DNA of 41,209 bases from positions 1 to 41,209 of IMG/VR virus record IMGVR_UViG_3300043447_000277; one strand, written 5' to 3'. This document shows positions 23,900-32,832 of the stretch, one piece after another. The notes below the pieces were generated by a model that saw nothing but the letters and a program-made list of their open reading frames with translations, did no database searches and had not been told where the DNA came from. The translations under genes and the position numbers were made by a program. Positions within the stretch are counted from its first letter, which is position 1. The number at the start of each line of letters is the position of its first letter. Origin of the DNA: a virus (taxonomy: Duplodnaviria; Caudoviricetes).

Positions 23900-24534
23900 C
23901 GGGCGCGGATCCCCATGCCGGTCAGGCGAGAGAACAAGGAGTCGTTCCCCGAACCCTCGGCCGTGGCCTCTTCCGTGGGCGTGGGGTTCTGCGCGCCGCG
24001 CGCCGCGCGCCGGGCCGCGCGCGGGATCGAGGGAACGGGCACCGTTCGCACCTCGGCGATTCTGATCTGCACGAACGAGAGAGAGACCGGAAGGGCGTTC
24101 CCCGAGGTCGCATCACGCTTGACGGCGAACGAGCGGAGGACCGTGTTCTCGTACACGCGGAGGGAGGTCGAGAGTGTGCAGAGGATCCCGCCCGTGCGAA
24201 GGCGATCGAGTTCTTCCTCGACGGCGCGCACGCGATCGAAGTCGCCCGAGAACCGAAGCACGTTCGCGCCGCCGAGCCCGCCGGGGAACTCGACCCGTTC
24301 GACGGCGCCCGTGATCCCCTGCATGTTCGAGGCCGGCACCTCGATCGGGTGGTTCGACACGAACCCCTCGATCCCGATCTTGCGCTGCAACGGTCGGACG
24401 TGATCCGAGATCGGCGAGCCGGTCTCGACCTGATCCTCCGTCACTTCGGCCTCGGCCTCGTGCAGTTCGGTGATCGATGCGTCGAGCACGATTGACGCGG
24501 CCTCGCCGGATTCGAGGGTGTAGGAGATCAGCAC
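23896..24534 (-). CDS. Baseplate / tail tube initiator (Dit-like)
   Basis: DA...E.H......T...VETG..ISDH...P, YEN..L motifs; follows the tape measure. Confidence 0.8.
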   Translation of the reverse strand: MLISYTLESGEAASIVLDASITELHEAEAEVTEDQVETGSPISDHVRPLQRKIGIEGFVSNHPIEVPASNMQGITGAVERVEFPGGLGGANVLRFSGDFDRVRAVEEELDRLRTGGILCTLSTSLRVYENTVLRSFAVKRDATSGNALPVSLSFVQIRIAEVRTVPVPSIPRAARRAARGAQNPTPTEEATAEGSGNDSLFSRLTGMGIRAR

Positions 24535-26033
24535 TAGGAAGGCCTCCCCGCGACCGCTTGCCGGGCCGCTTCGAGATCGCGCGTAGTGCCCTCACGAATC
24601 CGCGCCTGCACGGCCTCGGCCGTCGCCTCGGGATCGCTCGCCCCCTGAACGACGATCTGCCCTACCGTGGTCGTCTGCCGAACCTGCACGCCGCCGGCGG
24701 CGCCTGCGCGCGGCGCCGTGGGCGTCGGCGCGGCCGGGTTGCGGGCGGCCGCGTTCGGACGCGAAGGCGTCGAGACCACGCCGAGCGTTCGGCCTATGTC
24801 GCGCCACTCGTCGCGGATCTCTCCGATCGCGTTGGTTACGGTGTCGACCGGCCCCATGATGGTTGCGACGATCTCATCCCAAATGATCCCGAGGTCGTTT
24901 GCGAGATCGTCGAAGTACCCCGAGACGGCCTCGACCGCCATTTCCCACGCATCGGAGAACGAGCGCGCGATCTCCCCGTTGCCTGCGAAGATCCCTCGCC
25001 ACTCTTCCCCGATCTCCCGAAAGCCCGTGGTCGTCGTGCGAACCGCCGCGGCCGCCGTGCCTACGCCGAAGATCGAATCGATGAATTCGCCGATCACCGA
25101 ACGGCCGCCGGTGAACAAGGCGATCAAGTCGTCCACGATCAGAACGACCACGCCGATCGCCGCGGCCGCGAGTAGCGCGGTTCCGATCACGGGCAGGAAG
25201 GGGAGCAACGTTTTGACGGCCGCGACCGTCGCCGCCGTGCCTAGCAGGACGAGGCCTTGCTTGAACACGGTAGTTCCTCGCGTGAGCTTGCCGAACTCCG
25301 AAGCAAGTTCGCCGCCGGTCTCGATCAACCAGTTGACGATCGGCAAGAGTTCGAGACCGATCGCCGTTTTCGTCGCTTGCGTCGCGAGGGTCCAACGCGC
25401 CTGCGCTGCTTCGAGTTCATCGGCCCTCGCCGCGGCCTCGCCGAGCGAGTCGCCGAAGAGGGAATCGACCTGCCCCTGCAACGCTTCGAGCCCTGCGCCG
25501 CCATCGGCGAACGCCGGCAAGAGGCGCGCGCCCTTCTCGCCTAGCAACTGCATCGCGAGCGCGGCCCGTTGCGTGGGATCGGCGATCCCGTTCAGCGCAA
25601 CCAACGTATCGCGCAGAACGTCGGGCGCCGCGCGCGCGTTGCCGGCGGCGTCGCGCAGGGACACACCGAGGCCCTCGAACTTGCGGCGCGCGTCCGCGTT
25701 CGTCGCGGCCGCGGCGACGTTGCGCGAGAAGGCGCCGAGCGTCGCGTTCAATCCTTCGGCCTCGACGCCCGCCGCGGCCGCGGCCGTTCGGAAGGTGAGG
25801 AGTTGCTCGGCCGTGAACCCGAAGGCCGCGCCCGTGTCCGTCAACTCGTCGGCGAAGTCGGCGACGCTCGCCGCGATCTCGTAGGTGCCTGCGACGATCG
25901 CCGAACTCGCGATCAACCCCCCGAGGCGTTGGATCTGCGATGCGAAACCCTCGACCGCCCCGACGCCCTTGTTCAGCGCGGACGAATCGAAGTCGATCCC
26001 GAACCGGGCGAGAAGTTCACGAACGACCGCCAC
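24534..26033 (-). CDS. Tail tape measure protein (499 aa)
   Basis: Ala/Gly-rich helices, hydrophobic segment followed by DD......GG.S.IG; position after the chaperones. Confidence 0.88.
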   Translation of the reverse strand: MAVVRELLARFGIDFDSSALNKGVGAVEGFASQIQRLGGLIASSAIVAGTYEIAASVADFADELTDTGAAFGFTAEQLLTFRTAAAAAGVEAEGLNATLGAFSRNVAAAATNADARRKFEGLGVSLRDAAGNARAAPDVLRDTLVALNGIADPTQRAALAMQLLGEKGARLLPAFADGGAGLEALQGQVDSLFGDSLGEAAARADELEAAQARWTLATQATKTAIGLELLPIVNWLIETGGELASEFGKLTRGTTVFKQGLVLLGTAATVAAVKTLLPFLPVIGTALLAAAAIGVVVLIVDDLIALFTGGRSVIGEFIDSIFGVGTAAAAVRTTTTGFREIGEEWRGIFAGNGEIARSFSDAWEMAVEAVSGYFDDLANDLGIIWDEIVATIMGPVDTVTNAIGEIRDEWRDIGRTLGVVSTPSRPNAAARNPAAPTPTAPRAGAAGGVQVRQTTTVGQIVVQGASDPEATAEAVQARIREGTTRDLEAARQAVAGRPS

Positions 26034-26292
26034 GGCGCGCCCCCTTCTCGCGTGCGTCGCGGCGCGCCCGTGCCTCGGCCTTTTCCAAGGCGTTGATCAC
26101 GAGGTTGGCGTCGAGCACGTCGGACACGGACCACTCCCTTTCGATCTGCGCGAGCCCGTCGCGGTAGCGCCCCGAGGTCGCGACCCGATGGATCGACCAA
26201 TCGATCCAGTCGGGGAGGTCTAGCGCGTAGGCGCCGGGGTCGTGCGCGGCGCCTTGGCGGCCTTCGCGCGCGCGACCAACGCGCCGAAAAAA
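26017..26292 (-). CDS. C-terminal (-1 frame) extension of the tail assembly chaperone
   Basis: Frame of ORF 26017..26703 is -1 relative to the chaperone; encodes ...W..HRV.....L..I...WS..DVLDAN..; no clear independent RBS. Confidence 0.7.
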   Translation of the reverse strand, partial: FFRRVGRAREGRQGAAHDPGAYALDLPDWIDWSIHRVATSGRYRDGLAQIEREWSVSDVLDANLVINALEKAEARARRDAREKGARRGGRS

Positions 26293-26681
26293 TCGGCGAA
26301 GTTCACCTCCAAGCAGAACGCGATCCACTCGAAGAGTTCGAGATACGCGCCGGCGAAGTGGAGGTCGAAGATCCCGCGCAAGGGCTTGACGCTCCCCGGC
26401 TCGATCTCGACGGTGGTGCAGTCGGCGAACGTCGTGCAAAGCCAATCGAGATCGGCCTCCGTGAGCCCGGCCGCGAACTCGCGCAAGGCCGCCCCGAGGC
26501 CGCCGAGCGAGACCCGTTCGAGCGCCTCGCCGGCGCCTTCCTCGCCGCCCGAGAAGAGGGCGCCGAGCGTCGGCCCGGCGAGCTTGGCGAGGCGCACGAG
26601 AACGGCGTTCCCTTGCTTCGCTCGTAGTTGCGTCACGGTGTAGGCGTAGCGCCCGATCGTCCGCGTATGACTCTCGATCAC
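26220..26681 (-). CDS. Tail assembly chaperone
   Basis: Between tube and tape measure; ends FD.HFAG......F.LEVNFADFF; GGAGG RBS. Confidence 0.85.
   Translation of the reverse strand: MIESHTRTIGRYAYTVTQLRAKQGNAVLVRLAKLAGPTLGALFSGGEEGAGEALERVSLGGLGAALREFAAGLTEADLDWLCTTFADCTTVEIEPGSVKPLRGIFDLHFAGAYLELFEWIAFCLEVNFADFFGALVARAKAAKAPRTTPAPTR
26286..26292 (-). other. -1 programmed ribosomal frameshift heptamer T-TTT-TTC
   Basis: GAT TTT TTC (D-F-F) near the chaperone 3' end; links the two frames. Confidence 0.75.
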
Positions 26682-26716
26682 GGTTCCCTCCGTATCGTCT
26701 CACCCGCGCGCCCGGC

Positions 26717-27166
26717 TCACCCGCCGATCGCGATGTTCCCGCCGTCGACCCGTTCGAGCTTGGCGATCCTGATCGTCCACTCGCGCGGGCCCGCCTCGCG
26801 ACCGAACGAGACGTTCGGGGGCTTGGAGATCCAGCACGCCGCGGCGTTGTACCGCGCGCGGCCGTTCTGATCGCGCACTTGGAACGACCCCACGCCCGCG
26901 CCGCCCGGCGTGTTCCGGTCGAGGTTCGAGAGTTGCGAGAGGAGATCGTTGTCGTCGCTCGACTGCATGAGGATCAAGGTCGCCGTGGCGCGCCGATCGT
27001 TCGTCTTGCTCCGCGTGACTTCGCCGTCCGTCCCCACGATATCGGTGAAGTCGTCGGTATCTTGCTCGATTCGGAGGAACTCGCCGTCCGCGAGGCCTCC
27101 CCGGACCAGGATCCCGTTGATGTAGACCGAGACCTCGGTTGCGCTGTATGCCTTGGTTCCTGCCAT
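26717..27166 (-). CDS. Tail tube protein (DUF3277-like)
   Basis: Y....V.V.ING, G.DGE, T..L.Q.S..N..L, REW motifs; follows the sheath. Confidence 0.88.
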   Translation of the reverse strand: MAGTKAYSATEVSVYINGILVRGGLADGEFLRIEQDTDDFTDIVGTDGEVTRSKTNDRRATATLILMQSSDDNDLLSQLSNLDRNTPGGAGVGSFQVRDQNGRARYNAAACWISKPPNVSFGREAGPREWTIRIAKLERVDGGNIAIGG

Positions 27167-27178
27167 GGTCAACCCCGA

Positions 27179-28483
27179 TCAGAAGGTGAGAGTTCCGGTG
27201 ATCTCGGTCGCGTGGATCGCGCCCGCGAGCGGCGCCGAGAACCTCACGTCCGGGAGGAACCGCGCCCGCTTGTCGTCATCGTCGACCTCGGTTGCGTCGG
27301 GCGCCTCGATCAGATAGGGCTCGTCGGTCGAGAGGAACCCGACCGCGATTGCCGCGAGGAGTTGCCCCTCGATCTCGGCCTTGATCGCGTCGACCCCCGA
27401 GTTCGTGAACGGTACCTTCTCGGATGCCGTGAACAGTCCGAAGACCCGTTCCTGGATCCGTGCCGTGGTCCAGTCGATCCCGCGGATCTGATCGGCCCAC
27501 TCGCCGCCGGAAGTCACACCGTTGAGCACGACGTCCAGGCCCTTGATCGCGATGTAGTAGTTGCAGTTCTTCGCCTTGGCGGCGTTCTCTTCGGCCGTGT
27601 TCAGCGCGTACGAACGCACGCCGCGAACCGACTTGAACGCCCAAGTGTCGGACCCTGGATCGACCGTGAGGCGCTCGGCGAGTTGCCCCGCGTCCACGAA
27701 CGCGCCGACGTCATCGTGGTAATAGGGCGCCGTGCGGAACCGCTGCAACGATTGCAGGTCGCTCGCAACGTCGGTCGTGATCAAGGCATCGAGCACGGCA
27801 GAGTCGTGCGTGCGTGCGACGAGGATCTTCCGGCGCGTCTCGGCCCATCCGGCCGCGGCCGCGATGTCGTTCTCGTTCGACACGTCGATCACGACCCCGT
27901 AGAAGTCGGGATCGACGTTCTCGATCGCCGTGAGGTCGGCCGCGATCGAGGTCGCCGCCGAAAGATCGGTGAACCCGATCAGCGCGCGGTCGTTCCGGGT
28001 GTGGAAGTGGAACGCGCCCGAGGCGCCTACCACATCGATCGTCGCGCCGCTCGGCGTCGCCGTGACGGGCACCGTCAAGGCGTTGATCAGGCCGGCGATC
28101 GCCGTCGCGATCGTGGCCGTGGTCGAGGCCGGCGGAACCGTGTACGCCCATGCCTCGCCGTCGATCTCCCCCGAGTAAATGACGCCCGCGGTCGCGTCCT
28201 TCACCGTGTACCGGATCGTCTGGATCCACGCGGCGCGGCGCCCGACCTTGATCACGCGCGGCCGGCGGCGTTGCGAGAACATGACGGAGAGGATCCCGTG
28301 CAGGCACGGGTACGCGCTCGCCGTGACGCCCGCGGCCTCGGCCTCCCGGAGCGAACCGAACGAGCGAACGAGCGGGCCGCCGATCGCGTGGTACGCGGCG
28401 ACCATCGGGATTCCGAAGTTCTCCCGCGCAGGGCCGGCCGAGGTCGCGCTGATCTGAACGTTGACGATATCTTCGAGGGCCAT
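27179..28483 (-). CDS. Tail sheath protein (DUF3383-like)
   Basis: IVNVQIS, FSQ..RP...KVGR, PGS.TW.FK...GV, GEW.D..RGIDW, KVPFT..G, AGAIH. Confidence 0.9.
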   Translation of the reverse strand: MALEDIVNVQISATSAGPARENFGIPMVAAYHAIGGPLVRSFGSLREAEAAGVTASAYPCLHGILSVMFSQRRRPRVIKVGRRAAWIQTIRYTVKDATAGVIYSGEIDGEAWAYTVPPASTTATIATAIAGLINALTVPVTATPSGATIDVVGASGAFHFHTRNDRALIGFTDLSAATSIAADLTAIENVDPDFYGVVIDVSNENDIAAAAGWAETRRKILVARTHDSAVLDALITTDVASDLQSLQRFRTAPYYHDDVGAFVDAGQLAERLTVDPGSDTWAFKSVRGVRSYALNTAEENAAKAKNCNYYIAIKGLDVVLNGVTSGGEWADQIRGIDWTTARIQERVFGLFTASEKVPFTNSGVDAIKAEIEGQLLAAIAVGFLSTDEPYLIEAPDATEVDDDDKRARFLPDVRFSAPLAGAIHATEITGTLTF

Positions 28484-28494
28484 GGGCGAACCTT

Positions 28495-29613
28495 TCAGGG
28501 CAGGAACAGAGATCCCGTCGTGTCGATCGGCGGACCATCGGAGGGTAACGCGAAGTCGACGAACGAACAATCGAAGGCGCGCGCGTTGCTCGCGCCGAAG
28601 TTGTTGATCCCGTAGTCGTTCGTGGGGTCGCCGACCAGATCCGAGAGGGCGAGCATACACCGCTCCGATTCGGCCGACCAGACCGCGCCGACGAACACGC
28701 CGATCGCGAGCCCGGCGTTCTGATTCTCGATCCGGCCCTGCACGGCGTAGGCGCCGCGGACGGGGCCGGTCTCGGCCCCGAACAAGGGAACGAACGCGAC
28801 GCCGACGCCGAACGTCGAGGGGGTGGCCTGAACGTGGAACCCCCGAAGGCGCGGCCCCCGGTTGCTCCCTACGCCGGGATCCTTGTTCGATAGGACGAAC
28901 CCGGAGGAGCACGCGAAGGCGCCGAGCCCTGATGCGTCTACGTTGCCGGCGAGCGAGAAACCGCCATCGCACGCGAAGGCCGTGCAGTCGCGGACGTGCC
29001 CCTCGGCGAACACGAACCCGATCGTCTCGGCCTCGACGTGGAACCCGACGAAAGCGTCGGGCAGGGCGTAGAACTCCCGCAACCCCCCGATCACGATGCA
29101 CCGATCGATCTTGCCGATCCCGAGGTCGAGCGCCTCGATCCCTCGCGTCGCCGTGTCGTAGGAGTTCCACGCGCCCGAGAGACCGATCCGCACGTCGCGC
29201 GCAACAGCCCCCGATTCGAGAGAGATCCAGCTATCCCCCGAACGCTGATCGGTCGACTCGGGCACGTCCACGATCAACCCGTCGATCTCTCCGAAGGCGC
29301 CGACCGTGATCACCCGATGGTCGCCCGTCGTCGGCGACACGAGCAACGCCGACCACTTCGAGCACACGAGCCGCACTTGCGCCGGCACGTTCAGCGCGGC
29401 CGCGAGCGTGTAGACGCCGGGGCGCAGGAACACGTCGATCACGACGTTGGATCCGAGGTCGGCGACGAGAACGGCCGCGGCGTCGAGCGCCTCTTGAATC
29501 TTCGAGCCGTCGCCGAGGTCGAGCAAGTCGCACCATTCCGGCTCGTCGGAAACGACGTGGCCGACCACGAACCGGGCTTGGCGGCGGGGCGTGTAGATGT
29601 AGGCTCGCGTCAC
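28495..29613 (-). CDS. Pectate-lyase-like beta-helix virion protein (neck/collar fibre or depolymerase)
   Basis: D...IQ.ALDAA....V.L.PG.Y.....L.VP.. beta-helix cap followed by Gly/Asp-rich repeats; GTGA overlap. Confidence 0.65.
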   Translation of the reverse strand: MTRAYIYTPRRQARFVVGHVVSDEPEWCDLLDLGDGSKIQEALDAAAVLVADLGSNVVIDVFLRPGVYTLAAALNVPAQVRLVCSKWSALLVSPTTGDHRVITVGAFGEIDGLIVDVPESTDQRSGDSWISLESGAVARDVRIGLSGAWNSYDTATRGIEALDLGIGKIDRCIVIGGLREFYALPDAFVGFHVEAETIGFVFAEGHVRDCTAFACDGGFSLAGNVDASGLGAFACSSGFVLSNKDPGVGSNRGPRLRGFHVQATPSTFGVGVAFVPLFGAETGPVRGAYAVQGRIENQNAGLAIGVFVGAVWSAESERCMLALSDLVGDPTNDYGINNFGASNARAFDCSFVDFALPSDGPPIDTTGSLFLP

Positions 29614-30158
29614 GGGTTCACCTCGGGATGGGCCGGCGGGAACCGGCCCCTGATCTCGGTCTCGGCGATCCACGATGCCACGTCACCGGGGACCGCGCCC
29701 TTCGCGTCGAACGTCCAGCGGATCCGCGTGCGCAACTCGAAGCGGGAGATCCATCGATCGTCGACTTGGTAGTCCGCGTTCACGACCTCGCCGAAGTCGA
29801 CCACGGCCGCGCAAGCGTCGCGGAGGATCTTCGCCTTGTTCCCGAAGAGACCTCGCGCGCGCACGGCCTCGACGAACCCGAGGGCGATCAAGTTCGGGGA
29901 TTGTGAGAACGAGTCACACGCGATCACGACTTCGAGCAATCGAACGCCCGTCACGGCCTCGACGGTCTCGGCGTCGACCGTCGCGAGGTAGAGGCGATCC
30001 GAACCCTCGGGGATCGAGCGATCGATCCGCAACTCGAACCACACGGGGGGCACGCGCGGGCGCGGTTCGTTCTCGATCAGCACTGCCGACTCGGCGAGAC
30101 CCGAGGCCGCGGCGACCCATGAACGCAACGCGGCGAGGAACGGCGAGAAGTCGATCAC
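29610..30158 (-). CDS. Neck / tail terminator protein
   Basis: W...ASGL....V......PR.....size and synteny upstream of the sheath. Confidence 0.65.
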   Translation of the reverse strand: MIDFSPFLAALRSWVAAASGLAESAVLIENEPRPRVPPVWFELRIDRSIPEGSDRLYLATVDAETVEAVTGVRLLEVVIACDSFSQSPNLIALGFVEAVRARGLFGNKAKILRDACAAVVDFGEVVNADYQVDDRWISRFELRTRIRWTFDAKGAVPGDVASWIAETEIRGRFPPAHPEVNP

Positions 30159-30643
30159 GTTCCCCCCGAGGCGATCCGGTAGGTGATGCTCGATCGAAGT
30201 TGGCCCGTGTCGATCAGGGGCTTGCTCGATCCCTTGCGCTTGATCGTCGCGGGGTCGAGGGGCGGCGCGATGCCGGCGGCGATCCGTTTCTGGATCCCGC
30301 CCTGCGCGCGAACCCCCATGAGGTCTAGAGACCGGCGATAGTCCAGCTTCCCCCCAAGGCGTTTCAACGCGAGGTCTCGCGCGAACGCCTTGTTCGAGGC
30401 CTCGTTCTCGTCGAACCACCCCCCGATGAAAGAGCGCGCGGGGATCGTCGCCGTGCCGAATTCTTGATAGCCCGCGATCTCGACCATCGTCGCGGGCGTG
30501 GGCTTCTCGCCCTCGTGAACTTGCTTCGGGGCCGAGGCCTTCGGCCCCATGATCCCTACCTCGACCACGGCGCCCGTGATCACGACCTCACGGCGGATCC
30601 GTTTGAGCCCCTTGTCTCGATCGACGATGCGAGAGGGGGGCAT
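30155..30643 (-). CDS. Neck / tail completion (virion morphogenesis) protein
   Basis: V.VG, A..QEFG...IPARSF, PL...TI.RKGSSKPLIDTGQL..SI. Confidence 0.85.
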   Translation of the reverse strand: MPPSRIVDRDKGLKRIRREVVITGAVVEVGIMGPKASAPKQVHEGEKPTPATMVEIAGYQEFGTATIPARSFIGGWFDENEASNKAFARDLALKRLGGKLDYRRSLDLMGVRAQGGIQKRIAAGIAPPLDPATIKRKGSSKPLIDTGQLRSSITYRIASGGT

Positions 30644-30924
30644 CAGATCACCCGAAACCCCGCGGCGATCTCCCGCTGCAAGCGGCGGAATTCCTCGTTG
30701 TAGAGGGTCGTCCCGGTCGCCGCGGCGAGCCGCGCGTTCTGCCCGTACGGGGCGATCGCGAGCAAGTGCGCGGCGAGGTAGGCCACTCCCTGATCGGCCT
30801 TCTCTCCCCACACGTTCGGATCGACCCGTTGCTCGGCGCGCACGAGTGCGGCCGCCACGATGGGATCCCCCGTCTCGGCGAACTCGGGGAACTCTCCCTT
30901 GAACGCCGCGACGGTCCACGTCAT
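30643..30924 (-). CDS. Head-tail adaptor (DUF4054-like)
   Basis: F...FPEF, WG......V.YLAAHLL, T.Y...F..L. Confidence 0.85.
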   Translation of the reverse strand: MTWTVAAFKGEFPEFAETGDPIVAAALVRAEQRVDPNVWGEKADQGVAYLAAHLLAIAPYGQNARLAAATGTTLYNEEFRRLQREIAAGFRVI

Positions 30925-31274
30925 GCGCCGAGGTCTCGCAGTCGCGCGTCGAGCGCGCGCGCGACCTTCGCCCGCTTCTCGACGCCGCGCCACTCGCGCA
31001 GGGTGTCGAGGTCGGTCTCGGTCGCGATCAGGGCGAGGGCCTCGGCGACGGTGCCGCCGGGCTCGGTCGAGGTCTCGGGGGCCGCGGCCCGCTCGATCTG
31101 GATCTTGCCCTCGCGCTCGGCGTCGGCGAACGCCCGGCACTTGCGCGCGCGGGCGAGGTCGAGGTCGTCGGGGACCGTGTTCTCGCCGGGCTTGATCGCC
31201 ACGCCCGCGAGAGGCACGCCCGGCCCCTTGTGGGGCACGCGGAGGATCGTTGGTACGGTGCTCGTGATCTGCAT
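30921..31274 (-). CDS. Hypothetical protein following the capsid gene
   Basis: GAGGG RBS; KPGEN.V and C-terminal A..LI....D...L..W...E.R..V...L motif typical of this slot. Confidence 0.7.
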   Translation of the reverse strand: MQITSTVPTILRVPHKGPGVPLAGVAIKPGENTVPDDLDLARARKCRAFADAEREGKIQIERAAAPETSTEPGGTVAEALALIATETDLDTLREWRGVEKRAKVARALDARLRDLGA

Positions 31275-31299
31275 TCTGGTTCCCTCTCAGAACGTACAC

Positions 31300-31322
31300 C
31301 GCGCGCCCACGTCGGGCGCGCG
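31300..31322 (-). terminator. GC-rich hairpin after the major capsid gene (terminator or mRNA stabiliser)
   Basis: CGCGCGCCC-N5-GGGCGCGCG; only a weak U-tract. Confidence 0.45.
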
Positions 31323-31327
31323 CGTGA

Positions 31328-32263
31328 TCAGATCCCGTCCCCGTACGTCGCGCCGATCGGGTAGTACCAGCACACGCCGCCGACGCGCGCGAGGCAGTCG
31401 ACCACGTAGGCGAGGTTGCGCTTCTCGGGTTCGAGTTGTTGGAACGGGATCGGAAGTTGGAGCTTCACGACCATCGGATCCCGCTTGTAGCAAACGGCGC
31501 GCGGGGTCGAGCCCGGGCCGGCCGTGTTCAGCTTCTCCCACCGTTCGACCGAGCGAACGGACTGCGCGTTGGCGAGGAAGAACTGAAGGATCGTGAGGTC
31601 GTTCCCCGCGTCCAGGCGCGTCGTTGCGACCTTGCCGTAGAGGCTCGACGGGAGGAGCATCGTGTCGGGCGGGAAGTTCTCGTCCGAGTTCTGGATCACC
31701 GCATCCTCGAAGGCGAAGAGATCCTCCAGGATTTGGGCCGGCGTCGCGGTCGCCCACGAGCCATTCGGCGCCGCCGTGATCGGCACGTTGGAGTTGTTGA
31801 CGAAGCCCTCGATGTTCTTCGAGGGGACGCCGACCGCGGCGATCTCGTCGATCTTGCGCTCGATGGCGGCGCGCGCCGCGATCGCGCGTTGCGCGTCGAG
31901 CGGCCGCCCGAGTTGCGCCGAGACGCGCAGATCCTTGATCGAGAACTGGAAGGCGTCGCCGATCTCCATGACGGGTTGCGGGAACTCCTTGACGAGCACG
32001 TCGACCATGGGCAGGTCGTCGGAGTAGTTCGCGATCAGCGCCGCGATCCCTCGCCAATCCCATTGACGATAGGTCCACGTCTCGGCCCACTCGGGCACCT
32101 CGTTCGAGACCGGGACGAACCCCGCGGCCTTGAGCCGGGAATAGAGAACGTCGTAGGTCTGCGACTCGACGAATTCGAGTTGCTTCTCCAAGAACGCCGT
32201 CTCGTTCGCGTCGAAGCGCACGCCGGCGTTGGTGAGGGGAAGCAGCTTGGAACGCTTGGTCAT
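31328..32263 (-). CDS. Major capsid protein (DUF2184 / HK97-fold)
   Basis: F...QLE.VE...Y, DLP.VD, E.....LNTAG, P.PF...PE, GGV....P....Y.DGI C-terminus. Confidence 0.92.
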   Translation of the reverse strand: MTKRSKLLPLTNAGVRFDANETAFLEKQLEFVESQTYDVLYSRLKAAGFVPVSNEVPEWAETWTYRQWDWRGIAALIANYSDDLPMVDVLVKEFPQPVMEIGDAFQFSIKDLRVSAQLGRPLDAQRAIAARAAIERKIDEIAAVGVPSKNIEGFVNNSNVPITAAPNGSWATATPAQILEDLFAFEDAVIQNSDENFPPDTMLLPSSLYGKVATTRLDAGNDLTILQFFLANAQSVRSVERWEKLNTAGPGSTPRAVCYKRDPMVVKLQLPIPFQQLEPEKRNLAYVVDCLARVGGVCWYYPIGATYGDGI

Positions 32264-32314
32264 GGTGGCGGATTCCTTCGGAGCGAGAGAGGCGCGAGCG
32301 GTTCGGGATTGGGA

Positions 32315-32779
32315 TCAGGGGCGCAGGAGGCCGACGATCGCGAGTTCGCCCGCGCCCGCCGACGAGAGGAAGCGCGCGCCCGTGGTCGCGGCGTTGCCGC
32401 CGTCCGCGTCGCTCCGCGCCGCCCCGAGTTGCACGAGGGGGCCGTTCGGCGTGTGGCGCGCGAACACGTCGCCGCCCGCCGTCACGGCATCCTCGACCCG
32501 CACGTAGACCCGGCCGAACCGGACGGCCGCGATCTCTTCCCCCTCGGCGACGGAGCCGGGCTCGCGCGCCTGATCGCGATGCACGACGCCGAGCACGTCG
32601 GCCTCCGTGAACGCGGCCGCGGGGAGTGCGCAGGTTCGCGCCGCCGCGCCTCGGAGCACGAACACGCCGGCCGGGGTCTCGGCGTCGGTCGTGGTCGCGG
32701 TGTCGAGCGCGCGCGGCGAGGCGTCGGCGATCTGCCCTTCGAGGCCGATCTCGGGGGCGTCGGTGATCGTGGTCTGCAT
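32315..32779 (-). CDS. Head decoration / cement protein
   Basis: G..GQIAD, G.FV, GRVYV.VEDAV..G..V..R; between protease and capsid. Confidence 0.8.
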   Translation of the reverse strand: MQTTITDAPEIGLEGQIADASPRALDTATTTDAETPAGVFVLRGAAARTCALPAAAFTEADVLGVVHRDQAREPGSVAEGEEIAAVRFGRVYVRVEDAVTAGGDVFARHTPNGPLVQLGAARSDADGGNAATTGARFLSSAGAGELAIVGLLRP

Positions 32780-32832
32780 GGTCGGGGGCTTCCTTCGGGC
32801 GAGAGGGCGGGGCGTTCAGCGGAGGGGAGGGT

